Shown here piece after piece: positions 9,686 to 19,688 of a stretch of DNA of 64,000 nucleotides. The DNA is from an uncultured Deferribacteres bacterium. Lineage in GTDB: Bacteria; Zhuqueibacterota; JdFR-76; BMS3Abin05. The position numbers were made by a program, and so were the translations under genes. The stretch spans positions 76,704 through 140,703 of the forward strand of contig CAZOHG010000001.1 of the NCBI GenBank assembly GCA_964579725.1, read 5' to 3'. The stretch's first letter is position 1. Every line of letters starts with the position of its first letter. The notes under the pieces are model-generated. The model was given only the letters and a program-made list of their open reading frames with translations, made no database searches and was not told where the DNA came from.

Positions 9686-10993
9686 TTAATCTTCGTAATA
9701 CTCGATGCCGAGATGGGTAATTTGCTCTTCACCCATGAGGTACCGCAAGGTATTTTTCAGTTTTGTTTGCTGAATGAAGAGGTCGTGCTCAGGGTAAAGC
9801 TCCGGTTTTGTCATGGGGCTTTTGAAATAAAACGAAAGCCATTCCTGAATACCTTTCATGCCGGCACGCTTGGCTAAATCCATAAACAAGACCAAATCGA
9901 GAACAATGGGAGCAGCCAAGATACTGTCTCGGCAGAGAAAATCGATTTTAATTTGCATCGGGTAGCCCAGCCACCCGAAAATATCGATATTGTCCCAGCC
10001 CTCTTTGTTGTCGCCGCGTGGCGGGTAATAATTAATCCGCACTTTGTGGTAATAATTGGCATATAATTCGGGGTACACGTTAGGTTGAAGAATGTAGTCC
10101 AGCACCGAGAGCTTGCTCTCTTCTTTAGTTTTAAAAGACCCGGGATCGTCCAAAACTTCGCCGTCACGGTTACCCAGGATATTGGTGGAAAACCAGCCCG
10201 TCAATCCCAAAAGCCGTGCTTTCAGGCCCGGAGCCAAAATGGTTTTCATCAAAGTTTGCCCTGTTTTGTAATCTTTGCCTGCAATCGGTACACCGTTTTG
10301 ATTGGCCAATTCCATTAGGGCTGGAATATCCGTGGTTAAATTCGGGGCGCCGTTTACAAAAGGAATGCCCATTTTGAGGGCAGCGTAGGCGTAGATCATA
10401 CTGGGAGCAATAAACTCATGATTCTCCTTGAGCCCCTTCTCAAAACTTTCCAGTGTGCTGTGCACGTCGTGGGGTTTAATAAAAACTTCCGTACTGCCAC
10501 ACCAATCGACTACGATTCGATCGAGATTGTTTTTTTCTTTAAAATTGGCGATATCTTCCATGAGCATCTGAGCCAAATCCCATTTGGTGGGCGCCTTTTT
10601 CACGTAGGTTCCGTGAAGTTTCTTCACATAATTCTGATCGAAAACCGCTTTCATGGGTTTGATTGCTTCCAATTCCGGTCGAATTTGATCCAGAAGGCCT
10701 TTCTCAAGGACGCCGGCTTTTAACGCCGCCTGGTACACATTGTCCTCAAAAATATCCCATCCGCCGAACACCAAATCTTCCAAATCGGCTAGTGGGACAA
10801 AATCTTTGATCATGGGCACCCGATTTTCGGTCCGTTTCCCCAGACGAATCGTTCCCATTTGCGTCAAGGAACCGAAGGGCTTGCCCAAACCTTTTCTCAC
10901 TGCAATGACACCGGAAATAAAAGTCGTTCCCACGGCCCCCATTCCGGGCAACAAAACACCCAATTTGCCTTTCGGCTCTTCAATCTTTTTCAA
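9686..10993 (-). CDS. ino1: myo-inositol-1-phosphate synthase
   Basis: GMGAVG, GKDYKTGQT, NILGNRDG, CRDSILAAP, SFYFKSP; TTG start with AAGGAG RBS. Confidence 0.96.
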   Translation of the reverse strand: MKKIEEPKGKLGVLLPGMGAVGTTFISGVIAVRKGLGKPFGSLTQMGTIRLGKRTENRVPMIKDFVPLADLEDLVFGGWDIFEDNVYQAALKAGVLEKGLLDQIRPELEAIKPMKAVFDQNYVKKLHGTYVKKAPTKWDLAQMLMEDIANFKEKNNLDRIVVDWCGSTEVFIKPHDVHSTLESFEKGLKENHEFIAPSMIYAYAALKMGIPFVNGAPNLTTDIPALMELANQNGVPIAGKDYKTGQTLMKTILAPGLKARLLGLTGWFSTNILGNRDGEVLDDPGSFKTKEESKLSVLDYILQPNVYPELYANYYHKVRINYYPPRGDNKEGWDNIDIFGWLGYPMQIKIDFLCRDSILAAPIVLDLVLFMDLAKRAGMKGIQEWLSFYFKSPMTKPELYPEHDLFIQQTKLKNTLRYLMGEEQITHLGIEYYED

Positions 10994-11014
10994 CGTTGGT
11001 CTCCTTTCAAACAG

Positions 11015-11368
11015 TCACTGTGAAACAATTTTGTTTTTTTCGTTCACCAAAACGACCGTTGGCTGGAAGTTTTTTGCCTCCTCCTCAGTCATGACGGCGT
11101 AGGAAATAATAATCAAATAGTCGCCTTTTTGGGCCAGTCTGGCAAGGGCGCCGTTCAGGCCGATTTTTCCCGAACCGCGAGAGCCTTCAATCACGTAGGT
11201 TTCCGCCCGTTCTCCGTTGTTAATATTCAACACCTGAACCTTTTCGTTGGGAAGCAAATTGGCGGCGTCCATTAAGTCCCGATCAATAGTAATGCTGCCC
11301 TCGTAGTCGAGGTCCAACTCATTGACGACAGCTCGGTGAATTTTGGACTTGTACATATGAAGCCACAT
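11015..11368 (-). CDS. panD: aspartate 1-decarboxylase proenzyme
   Basis: [15 protein letters not shown] cleavage site, NGERAETY; GAGGTG RBS before the ATG at 11368. Confidence 0.95.
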   Translation of the reverse strand: MWLHMYKSKIHRAVVNELDLDYEGSITIDRDLMDAANLLPNEKVQVLNINNGERAETYVIEGSRGSGKIGLNGALARLAQKGDYLIIISYAVMTEEEAKNFQPTVVLVNEKNKIVSQ

Positions 11369-11394
11369 CTTGCTGCTCACCTCTTTTCTACCCG

Positions 11395-12078
11395 TTAATC
11401 CAATTTCTCAAGATCATCGAGTTTTTCGCTTTTTTTGCCATTTTCTTGCGCCCAAATATAATAGATGCGCTGAATGGCTGTAATATTGGCGAAAATTGCC
11501 ACAAAAATGACCCCTGCAATGAATACGTACAAATGAATCAGGGCGGTTATTCCAAGGGTTACCACGCGCTCCGGACGCTGCATAATGCCAACCTTACAGG
11601 AAAAGCCCAATCCCTCCGCGCGTGCGCGCACGTAGCTCACCATAATGGACCCACCCAATGCAATCGCCGCCATAACGGAGGCTACCATGTGGTCGGCGCC
11701 GACAAAATAATAAATAATCCCGAAAAAAACGATAACTTCCGAGTAGCGATCCAGAGTGGAATCGTAAAGGGCCCCGAATTTGGTCACCTGTCCGGTGGCA
11801 CGGGCTACCCGACCGTCCATGATGTCAAAAATACCCGCGATTAACAGCAGCGCTCCGCCTGCCCGAATGGAACCCACTGCAAAAAAATAGGCCGAAAACA
11901 AACTCACAATAAATCCGATGGTGGTAAAAGTGTTTGGATTGATCTCCGCTTTAATAAAAACGTCAATAATCGGCTGCATGATTTTTAAAAATCCATTGCG
12001 GAGCCAATCCGGCAAAATAACAATTCTAATCTTTTTCTTCTTCGTGTCGGTTTCCGCTTCCAAATCGTTTACCCTCAT
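11395..12078 (-). CDS. CDP-alcohol phosphatidyltransferase (PI/PIP-synthase-like)
   Basis: DIMDGRVAR-x7-GALYDSTLD signature, [14 protein letters not shown]; lies near ino1. Confidence 0.9.
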   Translation of the reverse strand: MRVNDLEAETDTKKKKIRIVILPDWLRNGFLKIMQPIIDVFIKAEINPNTFTTIGFIVSLFSAYFFAVGSIRAGGALLLIAGIFDIMDGRVARATGQVTKFGALYDSTLDRYSEVIVFFGIIYYFVGADHMVASVMAAIALGGSIMVSYVRARAEGLGFSCKVGIMQRPERVVTLGITALIHLYVFIAGVIFVAIFANITAIQRIYYIWAQENGKKSEKLDDLEKLD

Positions 12079-12802
12079 GTCGGTTTGAGGCCCCTTCAAC
12101 AATCAGGACCAGTTCACCCTTCAATTTTTTTTGTTGTACTTGTCTTAAAACCTCCGATGCGCGGCCGCGAATGAATTCTTCGTACAGTTTTGTGAGCTCG
12201 CGCCCAATAACGACTCGCCGATCCCCCCAAAATTGCAGAACGGCTTCCAGTGTTTTCGTCAGGCGGTGCGGAGATTCGTAAAAGACCATCGTCCGTTCTT
12301 CGGAAGCCAGTTGCTGAAACAGCGTTTGGCGTCCTTTTTTGGTCGGCAAGAATCCCTCAAAAACAAAACGCCGCGTTGGCAATCCAGACGCCACCAAAGC
12401 TGCCACAAAGGCGGTAGCCCCGGGAATCGGCACAACCTGAATTCCGTCCGACAACGCCCGCGTAACCAGAAAATAGGCCGGGTCCGAAATCCCGGGCATA
12501 CCTGCATCCGTAATCAGGGCAAGCGATTTGCCGCTGTGTAAGTGGCTCAGCAATTCGGGCGCTTTTTTGGCCTGATTGTACGAATGGAAGCTGGTTGTGG
12601 GAGTCTCAATGCCGTAATGTTTCAGCAAAATTTGAGATTTCCGTGTATCTTCGGCGGCAATGAGGTCCACATTTTTGAGCACGTCCACCGCCCGGTACGT
12701 CATGTCGCTTAGGTTTCCAATGGGCGTGCCCACAAGGTACAGAATACCCACCTCCACTTCTGTGCGCCTAATGCCCAAGTCGAACCCTTTCGACCAAGCC
12801 AA
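12026..12802 (-). CDS. rsmI: 16S rRNA C1402 2'-O-methyltransferase (start uncertain)
   Basis: LVGTPIGNL, AAEDTR, DAGMPGISDP, YESPHR, RELTKLYEE. Confidence 0.95.
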   Translation of the reverse strand: MAWSKGFDLGIRRTEVEVGILYLVGTPIGNLSDMTYRAVDVLKNVDLIAAEDTRKSQILLKHYGIETPTTSFHSYNQAKKAPELLSHLHSGKSLALITDAGMPGISDPAYFLVTRALSDGIQVVPIPGATAFVAALVASGLPTRRFVFEGFLPTKKGRQTLFQQLASEERTMVFYESPHRLTKTLEAVLQFWGDRRVVIGRELTKLYEEFIRGRASEVLRQVQQKKLKGELVLIVEGASNRHEGKRFGSGNRHEEEKD

Positions 12803-12806
12803 AGGG

Positions 12807-14129
12807 TTAGAGACTTTTCAAGACGTTGAAAAGAACGTCAAAACCCTGGTCAATTTCAGCGGGCTGAATATTCAACGGCGGCCGAAACCGAATCGAGTCA
12901 AAGCCACTTTTTAGCACAATGACCTTATTTTCGTAAGCCCGCTGGTAAACCCGATCGCGGATTTCCGTGTTCGGCAAACTAAATGCTGCAAAAAGGCCGC
13001 GCGCTCGCACATTGCTCACCAGCTCGGGAAATTCTTTTTCCAGATCATCCATTTTCGATTCGAAATATTCCCCCATTTGGGCAGCATGCTCCACAAGCTT
13101 TTCCTCTGCGATAATTTCGAAGTATTTTTGGGAGCGCACCATGTCGGTTAAATTGCCACCCCAGGTGGAATTAATCCGGCTGGATTCCTTGAACACATTG
13201 TTTTCGACTTCGTCTACGCGGTCGGTGACCAAAATTCCGCACACCTGTGTTTTCTTGCCAAAAGCCATAATGTCCGGCTGAACTCCAAAATGCTCGTGTG
13301 CCCACATTTTTCCCGTGAGGCCGACACCGGTTTGAACTTCGTCAAAAATCAACATAATGTCGTTCTCATCGGCAATTTTCCGTAAAGCTTGGAAAAATTC
13401 AGGCCGAAAATGATTGTCACCGCCCTCACCTTGAATCGGCTCAATAATAATGGCCGCAATATCGTCCGGGTTCTGCTCAATCGCGCGCCGGATCTGCCGA
13501 AGGCTCTCTTCCTCGGCGGCCCGCACTTCTTCCAGTCGCTCCAGAGTAAGCGGGAATGTAATTTTGGGATTCAAAACGCGCGGCCAATTAAACCGGGCAA
13601 AATACTGGTATTTTCGCGGATCAGCGGTGTTGGTCAGCGAAAGGGTGTAGCCGGAGCGTCCGTGAAAAGCCTCCTTAAAATGAATGACCTGATGGCCTTT
13701 TTCTTCCTGAATCCCTTTCGCAAAATTTTTGCGCACCTTCCAGTCAAAGGCGGTTTTTAGGGCATTTTCCACTGCGAGTGCTCCGCCGTCGATAAAAAAC
13801 ACATATTTAAAGTAGTCCGGAACGGCTACATTAAAAAATGTTTCCACAAATTCAGCCATTTCCACCGTGTAAAAATCGGAATTGGACGGCTTTTGCACGG
13901 ACACCCGGGCAAGCTTTTGCTTAAATTCATCCGTCGTCATTTTGGGATGATTGAACCCCAAGGGATTGGTGGCGAAAAAGCTAAAAAAATCCAGATATTC
14001 CGCTCCCGTGCGGGCATCCACCATATAGCGACCGTGGCTTTTTTCCAGGTCCACAACAATGTCAAAGCCATCCACCAACATATATTTTTTCAACACTTCA
14101 AAAACTTCGTTGGGTTTTACATGAACCAT
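12807..14129 (-). CDS. lat: L-lysine 6-transaminase
   Basis: Class III aminotransferase: GALAVENALK, FHGRSGY, DEVQTG, AFGKKTQVCG, RINSTWGG. Confidence 0.92.
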   Translation of the reverse strand: MVHVKPNEVFEVLKKYMLVDGFDIVVDLEKSHGRYMVDARTGAEYLDFFSFFATNPLGFNHPKMTTDEFKQKLARVSVQKPSNSDFYTVEMAEFVETFFNVAVPDYFKYVFFIDGGALAVENALKTAFDWKVRKNFAKGIQEEKGHQVIHFKEAFHGRSGYTLSLTNTADPRKYQYFARFNWPRVLNPKITFPLTLERLEEVRAAEEESLRQIRRAIEQNPDDIAAIIIEPIQGEGGDNHFRPEFFQALRKIADENDIMLIFDEVQTGVGLTGKMWAHEHFGVQPDIMAFGKKTQVCGILVTDRVDEVENNVFKESSRINSTWGGNLTDMVRSQKYFEIIAEEKLVEHAAQMGEYFESKMDDLEKEFPELVSNVRARGLFAAFSLPNTEIRDRVYQRAYENKVIVLKSGFDSIRFRPPLNIQPAEIDQGFDVLFNVLKSL

Positions 14130-14248
14130 CTTCTCTCCTTTCCGGCAGAAATTTCTATTTCACGTCATCCGAATGCACACATACCGGACAAGTGTTTTGT
14201 TACCCAAAGCGGTCTTACAAAATTGCTTCTGCGTCCCTTTAGGCGCGA

Positions 14249-15736
14249 TTAGCGGTTGTCAATTTGGGCACGCTGAAGCTTGCCGCTAAAATCGACATAA
14301 ACCGTTTTGGTTTCGGTAAAGAATTCGTAAACCGCCCAGCCCCCTTCTCGGTGCCCGTTGCCCGTCTCTTTGACACCGCCAAACGGCATATGGCATTCGG
14401 CTCCGATGGTCGGCCCATTAATGTACGTAATGCCGGCTTGAATATCCCGCATCGCTCGGTACGCTAAATTGACATCCTGGGTGTAAATCGAAGAAGAAAG
14501 CCCGTACACCACACCGTTAATGACGCGAATGGCTTCGTCAAAATCCCGAACTTTGATAACGGACAAAACGGGGCCGAAAATTTCTTCCTGAGCAATCCGC
14601 ATTTCGGGCTTTACATCGACAAAAATAGTGGGTTTGTAGAAAAAGCCTTTCTTCAAATCACCTTCCTCGGCATATTCACCGCCAATGAGCAGCTTGGCCC
14701 CTTCGCTTTTCCCGATCTCCACATAGCCGTGAATTTTCTGGCGAGCCGCTTCATTAATAACCGGCCCCACATCCACCGATTCATCCAACCCGTTCCCCAA
14801 TTTTAATTTCGAGGCACTGTTCACCAGCATGTCCACAAATTTGTCGTACACTTTTTCATGAAGAATCAACCGGCTGGTAGCCGTACAACGTTGACCCGTC
14901 GTTCCGAAAGCCCCCCAAAGAACACCTTCAAGTGCCAATTTCAAATCGGCGTCATCCATAACAATCTGTGCATTTTTGCCGCCCAATTCCAGCGACACCC
15001 GTTTCAAATCCTTGCTGGCTCGTTGAGAAATCATTTTGCCAACGGCGGAGGATCCGGTAAAGGAAATTAGGTCGACATCAGGGTGTTCCACAAGGGGAAT
15101 GCCCACGCCGTTTCCGGTGCCGTGCACCAGATTAATTGCTTTTGGCGGCACCCCGGCTTCCAGCAAAATTTCGACAAATTTGGTTGCGGTCGCAGGCGTA
15201 TCGCTGGCAGGTTTAAACACAACAGTATTTCCCGTTAACAGTGCCGGGAAAATTTTCCAAGTTGGAATTGCCATCGGAAAATTCCAGGGCGAAATCACTC
15301 CGGCCACCCCGATGGGAATCCGCATGGTCATATTGAATTTGTTGGGAAGTTCCGACGGAACCGTTGCCCCGAAAAGGCGGCGCCCTTCCCCAAAGGCATA
15401 ATAGGCGGTGTCAATTCCCTCTTGAGTGTCGCCCCGAGTTTCGTCAATTACTTTGCCCATTTCGCGCGTCATTAGGCGGGCAATTTCCTCTTTGCGCTCC
15501 ACCATGATGTCGCCCGCTCGCTTCATAATTTCACCCCGAACCGGCGCAGGTACCAACCGCCATTCCTCAAAAGCTTCTCGCGCGGCTTTTACTGCCAGGT
15601 CTACGTCTTCTTTACTCGATTTTGGGAAAATGCCGACGATTTCACCCCAATTGGCCGGATTGCGATTTTCAAACGTCTCGCCGGATTTTGCATCGACCCA
15701 TTCACCATTGATAAAATTTTTATAACTGTCTGCCAT
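14249..15736 (-). CDS. aldehyde dehydrogenase (probable piperideine-6-carboxylate/aminoadipate-semialdehyde dehydrogenase)
   Basis: [27 protein letters not shown]; directly upstream of lat; GAGGAGG RBS. Confidence 0.9.
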   Translation of the reverse strand: MADSYKNFINGEWVDAKSGETFENRNPANWGEIVGIFPKSSKEDVDLAVKAAREAFEEWRLVPAPVRGEIMKRAGDIMVERKEEIARLMTREMGKVIDETRGDTQEGIDTAYYAFGEGRRLFGATVPSELPNKFNMTMRIPIGVAGVISPWNFPMAIPTWKIFPALLTGNTVVFKPASDTPATATKFVEILLEAGVPPKAINLVHGTGNGVGIPLVEHPDVDLISFTGSSAVGKMISQRASKDLKRVSLELGGKNAQIVMDDADLKLALEGVLWGAFGTTGQRCTATSRLILHEKVYDKFVDMLVNSASKLKLGNGLDESVDVGPVINEAARQKIHGYVEIGKSEGAKLLIGGEYAEEGDLKKGFFYKPTIFVDVKPEMRIAQEEIFGPVLSVIKVRDFDEAIRVINGVVYGLSSSIYTQDVNLAYRAMRDIQAGITYINGPTIGAECHMPFGGVKETGNGHREGGWAVYEFFTETKTVYVDFSGKLQRAQIDNR

Positions 15737-15895
15737 GGTTTCCTCCTCGCTATTGCCGTTGTTCGAAAAAAAGACCCTTTTCTTAGGTTCTTTAAACTGC
15801 ACCGCATATGTTTTTTTACCCCATGATATTTTTGACTTGCAGTTAGGGAACCAACCAATTGCCCTGCACCTAAACTTCTAATTTTAAACCTAATA

Positions 15896-15924
15896 ATGAT
15901 AACAAAAAATAAGGTAAAAGTCAA
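15896..15924 (-). promoter_or_regulatory. sigma70-type promoter of the aldehyde dehydrogenase-lat operon
   Basis: TTGACT-17-TATCAT with an extended TG. Confidence 0.6.
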
Positions 15925-15951
15925 GTTAATTACAAGGGTAGTCAATCGGTT

Positions 15952-15989
15952 AAAAAATAAAAGGGTCGGTGAGGATCTCACCGGCCCTT
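15952..15989 (-). terminator. intrinsic terminator after the 124-aa gene
   Basis: 13-bp stem AAGGGCCGGTGAG/CTCACCGACCCTT followed by a T-rich tract. Confidence 0.8.
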
Positions 15990-16035
15990 GTGGTGGGTAG
16001 GAAACGATGCGAGGAAGTAAAACCCCCTTCGGCGG

Positions 16036-16410
16036 CTATTCCCCCAAAAAATCAAAGACTATTTTCCGTAAAACAACCAACCCCCTAATGAAATTACCTC
16101 TGTCTGTAACCCTGTCGCCAAAACGATTTACAAAATCATTGAGATAGGTAAAAGTTCCCTGTTCGTTTTTTTCAAAGAGCTGCCGGGTAATATCGGCCGC
16201 TGCTCGTTGCATATCCCTTTCGGAGAATATGGGAACTGCATTTTGAGGTAGATTCCTGACGGCCCCATATTTCAGATTGGCTATGATAATTTTATAGGTG
16301 ACTTCGACCCAACTCATGTCCCCCTGAAATTGAAACGGGTGATCTGCCTCTTGACCGGTAACTCCCCACATTTTTTTAATCGATATCGTTTGCGGATTCC
16401 ATCTTCTCAT
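16036..16410 (-). CDS. hypothetical protein, 124 aa
   Basis: ATG with GAGGAG RBS, its own promoter-like site and a downstream terminator; no family recognised. Confidence 0.75.
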   Translation of the reverse strand: MRRWNPQTISIKKMWGVTGQEADHPFQFQGDMSWVEVTYKIIIANLKYGAVRNLPQNAVPIFSERDMQRAAADITRQLFEKNEQGTFTYLNDFVNRFGDRVTDRGNFIRGLVVLRKIVFDFLGE

Positions 16411-16444
16411 TGCCTCTACTCCTCGTCACACCGTTCTCTTATTT

Positions 16445-16460
16445 AACAATTACCGTGCCA
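16445..16460 (-). promoter_or_regulatory. sigma54-like -24/-12 element
   Basis: TGGCACGGTAATTGTT versus consensus TGGCACGNNNNTTGCW; the only deviation is GT for GC. Confidence 0.6.
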
Positions 16461-16536
16461 GAATCAAAGAGGCGGAATCCGATTAGTCCAATTTGCTATT
16501 ATTTAAATAGATACAAAAACGGTTACCTGACGGTAT

Positions 16537-16579
16537 TTTTTGTTCGAGAAAAATATCTGTTGTTTTTTCTCGACAAAAA
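16537..16579. promoter_or_regulatory. inverted repeat, possible upstream activator site
   Basis: TTTTTG(T)TCGAGAAAAA / TTTTTCTCGACAAAAA, about 100-145 nt upstream of the inferred sigma54 start. Confidence 0.4.
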
Positions 16580-16670
16580 GGGCCTGTATGTTGCAAAAAT
16601 AACACATTGGGTTTTGACAAATGCAAAAAGTCTTGGAGGATTTTCGAATCGGATTGACGGGGTCTTTTTC

Positions 16671-18044
16671 CTATCGACCCAATTTGTGGGCTTGAATTTT
16701 TTTGTAAAGATAGGTACGCGCAATTTTGAGTTCTTGAGCCGAACGCGCTACGTTCCAATCGTTTTTTTCCAGTACTTTTTGGATTAGATCGCGTTCAAAA
16801 TCTTCTTTCGCCTCTTTCAGTCCTTTTCCGTACAAACGGCTCAGTTCGGCGCGCTCTTTCGTGTCGGGTAATTTGATTGGGCGTTCCCAGAATCTCATCA
16901 TTTCCTTCCGAGAAACCTGTTGAGAAGCGCCTAAAAGAGCCAATTTTTCAATCAATTGGCGCAGTTCCCGAACATTTCCCGGCCAGGAATAGCGCATGAG
17001 AGTTTCAATGGCTTCAGGGTGCAATGACTTAAGGGGCAGGGCGTATTTTCGAGAGTAAAAACGGAAAAAATAGTGAACCAGAACCGGAATGTCCGTCATA
17101 TGGGCTCGCAGCGGCGGCGTGTGAATGGTGACCACATTTAGCCGGTAATAGAGCTCTTCATGAAATGTCCCGATTCGCATTTCATCGACCAGGTTTTTTT
17201 CGGTTGAGGCAATAATACGGACGTCCACATGAACCGGCTGAATGCTTCCGGCTTTTTGAACAACCCCTTTCTCAATGACATGCAGGACTTTCGTCTGAAT
17301 TTGAAGGGGCATCTTACTGATTTCGTCCAAGAAAAGTGTGCCCCCAGAAGCACGTAGAATTTTACCTCCGTAATTGCCAACGGGGATGCCGTGGGCCATT
17401 CGCTTGCGGCCGAAAAGCTCCGCTTCAAAAAGATTAGGCGGAATTGACGCGCATTTTACCTCAATAAACGGCCCCTGTGAACGGTTGCTTTTGCGGTGAA
17501 TGGCACGGGCCACCAATTCTTTTCCCGTTCCGCTCTCACCCAAAATTAAGACACGGCTGTTCGTTTTCGCCACAAGGTCAATACTTTCCTTTAAGGATCG
17601 GATTTCCTGACTTTCACCCACAATATTTTCATGAATGTCTGCTTTTTTCCTGAGTTCAATATTTTCCACAATTAGTCGCTTCCGTTCCAGACAATTTCGA
17701 ATGGACAGGAGGATTTTTTCCAAAGAAATCGGTTGTGGAAGAAAATCGAAAGCGCCCCATTTTATAGCTTCTCGAAGAGCGTTCTCATCGTCGTATTCGC
17801 TAAGAACGACCGCTCCCACGGAAATACCGTTATTGCGAATGCTGCGCAGGAGGGCCAGTCCATTTCCATTATTCATTTTTGTGGACAAAAGCAGGACGTC
17901 TGCATCGCGTTCGTGAAGGAAATCAATGATTTCCTGTTGGTCATCCAGAGCGATGGCGAAATAGCCCCGGGATTTCAGAAAATTTTGAAGCTTTTCCCGA
18001 AATTCGGGGCTGGATTCTCCAATTAGAATGGTTTCCCCTGCCAT
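16671..18044 (-). CDS. atypical NtrC/NtrX-family regulator (REC-AAA+-Fis HTH)
   Basis: GESGTGKE, FLDEI, LYYRLNV, WPGNVREL and C-terminal HTH; GAFTGA and the phospho-Asp are absent. Confidence 0.92.
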   Translation of the reverse strand: MAGETILIGESSPEFREKLQNFLKSRGYFAIALDDQQEIIDFLHERDADVLLLSTKMNNGNGLALLRSIRNNGISVGAVVLSEYDDENALREAIKWGAFDFLPQPISLEKILLSIRNCLERKRLIVENIELRKKADIHENIVGESQEIRSLKESIDLVAKTNSRVLILGESGTGKELVARAIHRKSNRSQGPFIEVKCASIPPNLFEAELFGRKRMAHGIPVGNYGGKILRASGGTLFLDEISKMPLQIQTKVLHVIEKGVVQKAGSIQPVHVDVRIIASTEKNLVDEMRIGTFHEELYYRLNVVTIHTPPLRAHMTDIPVLVHYFFRFYSRKYALPLKSLHPEAIETLMRYSWPGNVRELRQLIEKLALLGASQQVSRKEMMRFWERPIKLPDTKERAELSRLYGKGLKEAKEDFERDLIQKVLEKNDWNVARSAQELKIARTYLYKKIQAHKLGR

Positions 18045-18060
18045 TTAAATTGCCCTCGAT

Positions 18061-19485
18061 TTATTTAATTCTTACAAATTCAATACGCCTGTTTTCTGCC
18101 CGGCCCCTTGCTGTTGCATTAGTCGCGATGGGGTCTGCCTCTCCATAGCCAACGGCTCGCAATCGCTTGGGGTCAATTCCTCGATTAACCAAATATTGCC
18201 GCACGGCTTCGGCGCGTTTTTGAGACAACCGAAGATTGTATTTCCAGGAGCCCACATTGTCCGTGTAGCCCCTAATTTCAACTTCCACCTCCGGATTTCG
18301 GGCAAGAGATTCGTACACCGTGTCCAATACGGCATACGAATCGGGGGTAAGTGCCGCACTTCCGCTTTCAAAATTAACCCCTCTTAAAATAATATGGGCA
18401 CCCTTTTTCATAGCCGGGGCAGGTTTTTCGTCGGGGCAACCGTCGTCATCTTGGTACCCGTTCACGGTTTCTGCCTTGTTGGGACATTTGTCTTGGACGT
18501 CCGGGATGCCGTCGCGGTCGTTGTCCAAATCGGGACAGCCGTCGGCATCTTCAAAGCCGTCCATATCTTCGGCCTTATTGGGACAGTGATCCAGAGAATC
18601 GACAATGCCATCTCCGTCGTTGTCTAAATCGGGACATCCGTCTTTATCTTGGTACCCGTCAAAATCTTCGGCTTTGTTCGGGCAATGATCCAGGGAATCC
18701 GGAATGCCGTCGCCATCGTTGTCGTAGTCCGGTTCGCCGTCGTAATCCATATAGTTGTCAAAATCTTCAGGGTGAAGAGGATCCAAATCCAATCGATCCT
18801 CGATGCCGTCTCCGTCCGTGTCTTTGTGGCTTGTGTTGTAAAATTTAAGTTCCAATCCGGCTTCCACCACCGCTCGATTGTCATCCGAAGGCCCGCCTTC
18901 GTAACTTAATCCAATGGTGTCCTCATTCCCCTTGAAAATATAGTGGAAACGAAAGAAAAGAGAAGCCCCCACTTTATCGGCGAAGAACTTTTCCAGTCCA
19001 ATCCCTGCAACCGCCATGCCATTTATGACATCTCCCTTAACATATTCTCCTCGCTCAATGAATGAGGTGGTGTTTTGAATGTCGCGAATTTCCCAATCGA
19101 GAAGGCCGCCTCCCAACGAAACAAACGGCCGAAAATTCAATTTCGGAAAGGGTACGTACACCCAATTGAGCCAAATAGGGGTTAAAAGCGTGTGGTAATG
19201 GCTGGTATGTTGAAATTGCGAGCCACCGGATTTGCGCGGGTAAACCCACCCGTAGGCGCCATTCAATTCCATTGCCAAGCGATTGGAGAATCCGTAGCGA
19301 ATGGAAAGGCCCGCCCATTCATCGATGGTGGAGAGATCGGTTTGTCCCAACACCATCTTAATGCCGCTGCCGTAAAAACCAACTCCCCAGCGTTGCTGTA
19401 AATCCTGAGCGCCAACCGGTACATTCAATCCCGAAACCAAAAAAACAACCAGTGCAAGCCAGAATCCAAATAGACGGGTTTTCAT
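18061..19485 (-). CDS. OmpA-family outer membrane protein: beta-barrel, thrombospondin type-3 repeats, OmpA C-terminal domain
   Basis: Signal peptide, amphipathic strands, DxDxDGIxDxxDxCP repeats, GYTDNVG..NLRLSQKRAEAV..NRRIE. Confidence 0.92.
   Translation of the reverse strand: MKTRLFGFWLALVVFLVSGLNVPVGAQDLQQRWGVGFYGSGIKMVLGQTDLSTIDEWAGLSIRYGFSNRLAMELNGAYGWVYPRKSGGSQFQHTSHYHTLLTPIWLNWVYVPFPKLNFRPFVSLGGGLLDWEIRDIQNTTSFIERGEYVKGDVINGMAVAGIGLEKFFADKVGASLFFRFHYIFKGNEDTIGLSYEGGPSDDNRAVVEAGLELKFYNTSHKDTDGDGIEDRLDLDPLHPEDFDNYMDYDGEPDYDNDGDGIPDSLDHCPNKAEDFDGYQDKDGCPDLDNDGDGIVDSLDHCPNKAEDMDGFEDADGCPDLDNDRDGIPDVQDKCPNKAETVNGYQDDDGCPDEKPAPAMKKGAHIILRGVNFESGSAALTPDSYAVLDTVYESLARNPEVEVEIRGYTDNVGSWKYNLRLSQKRAEAVRQYLVNRGIDPKRLRAVGYGEADPIATNATARGRAENRRIEFVRIK
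18428..18822 (-). repeat. four ~99-bp (33-aa) TSP3 Ca-binding repeats within the OmpA gene
   Basis: DGDGIxDxxDxCPNKAEDxDGxxDxDGCPDLDN-like unit repeated four times. Confidence 0.9.
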
Positions 19486-19688
19486 GGCGGAACTCCTCCT
19501 ATTGTGAGTTTTTTGAGACAATTGTATCGAGGATAGACAAATTCAAAGCTCAAGATAGAAATGCGTACATAAAATATAAAAAAATACTTGCAATAAACAA
19601 TGAAATTTTTGTAATATTTAATGAATAAAAGACCCTTTCGACAAAGAATCTCAAAGAATTTCCCATAAAATTTCGGATTTACACGCCA

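Noticed and set aside
16410-16787. ORFs of 66-125 aa across the AT-rich spacer
   Set aside because: They overlap promoter elements and the regulator's 3' end, have no RBS and show F/K/I-biased composition.
18428-18822. Periodic repeats as a possible CRISPR array
   Set aside because: They are in-frame 99-bp coding repeats (TSP3) with synonymous divergence; there are no unique spacers or cas genes.
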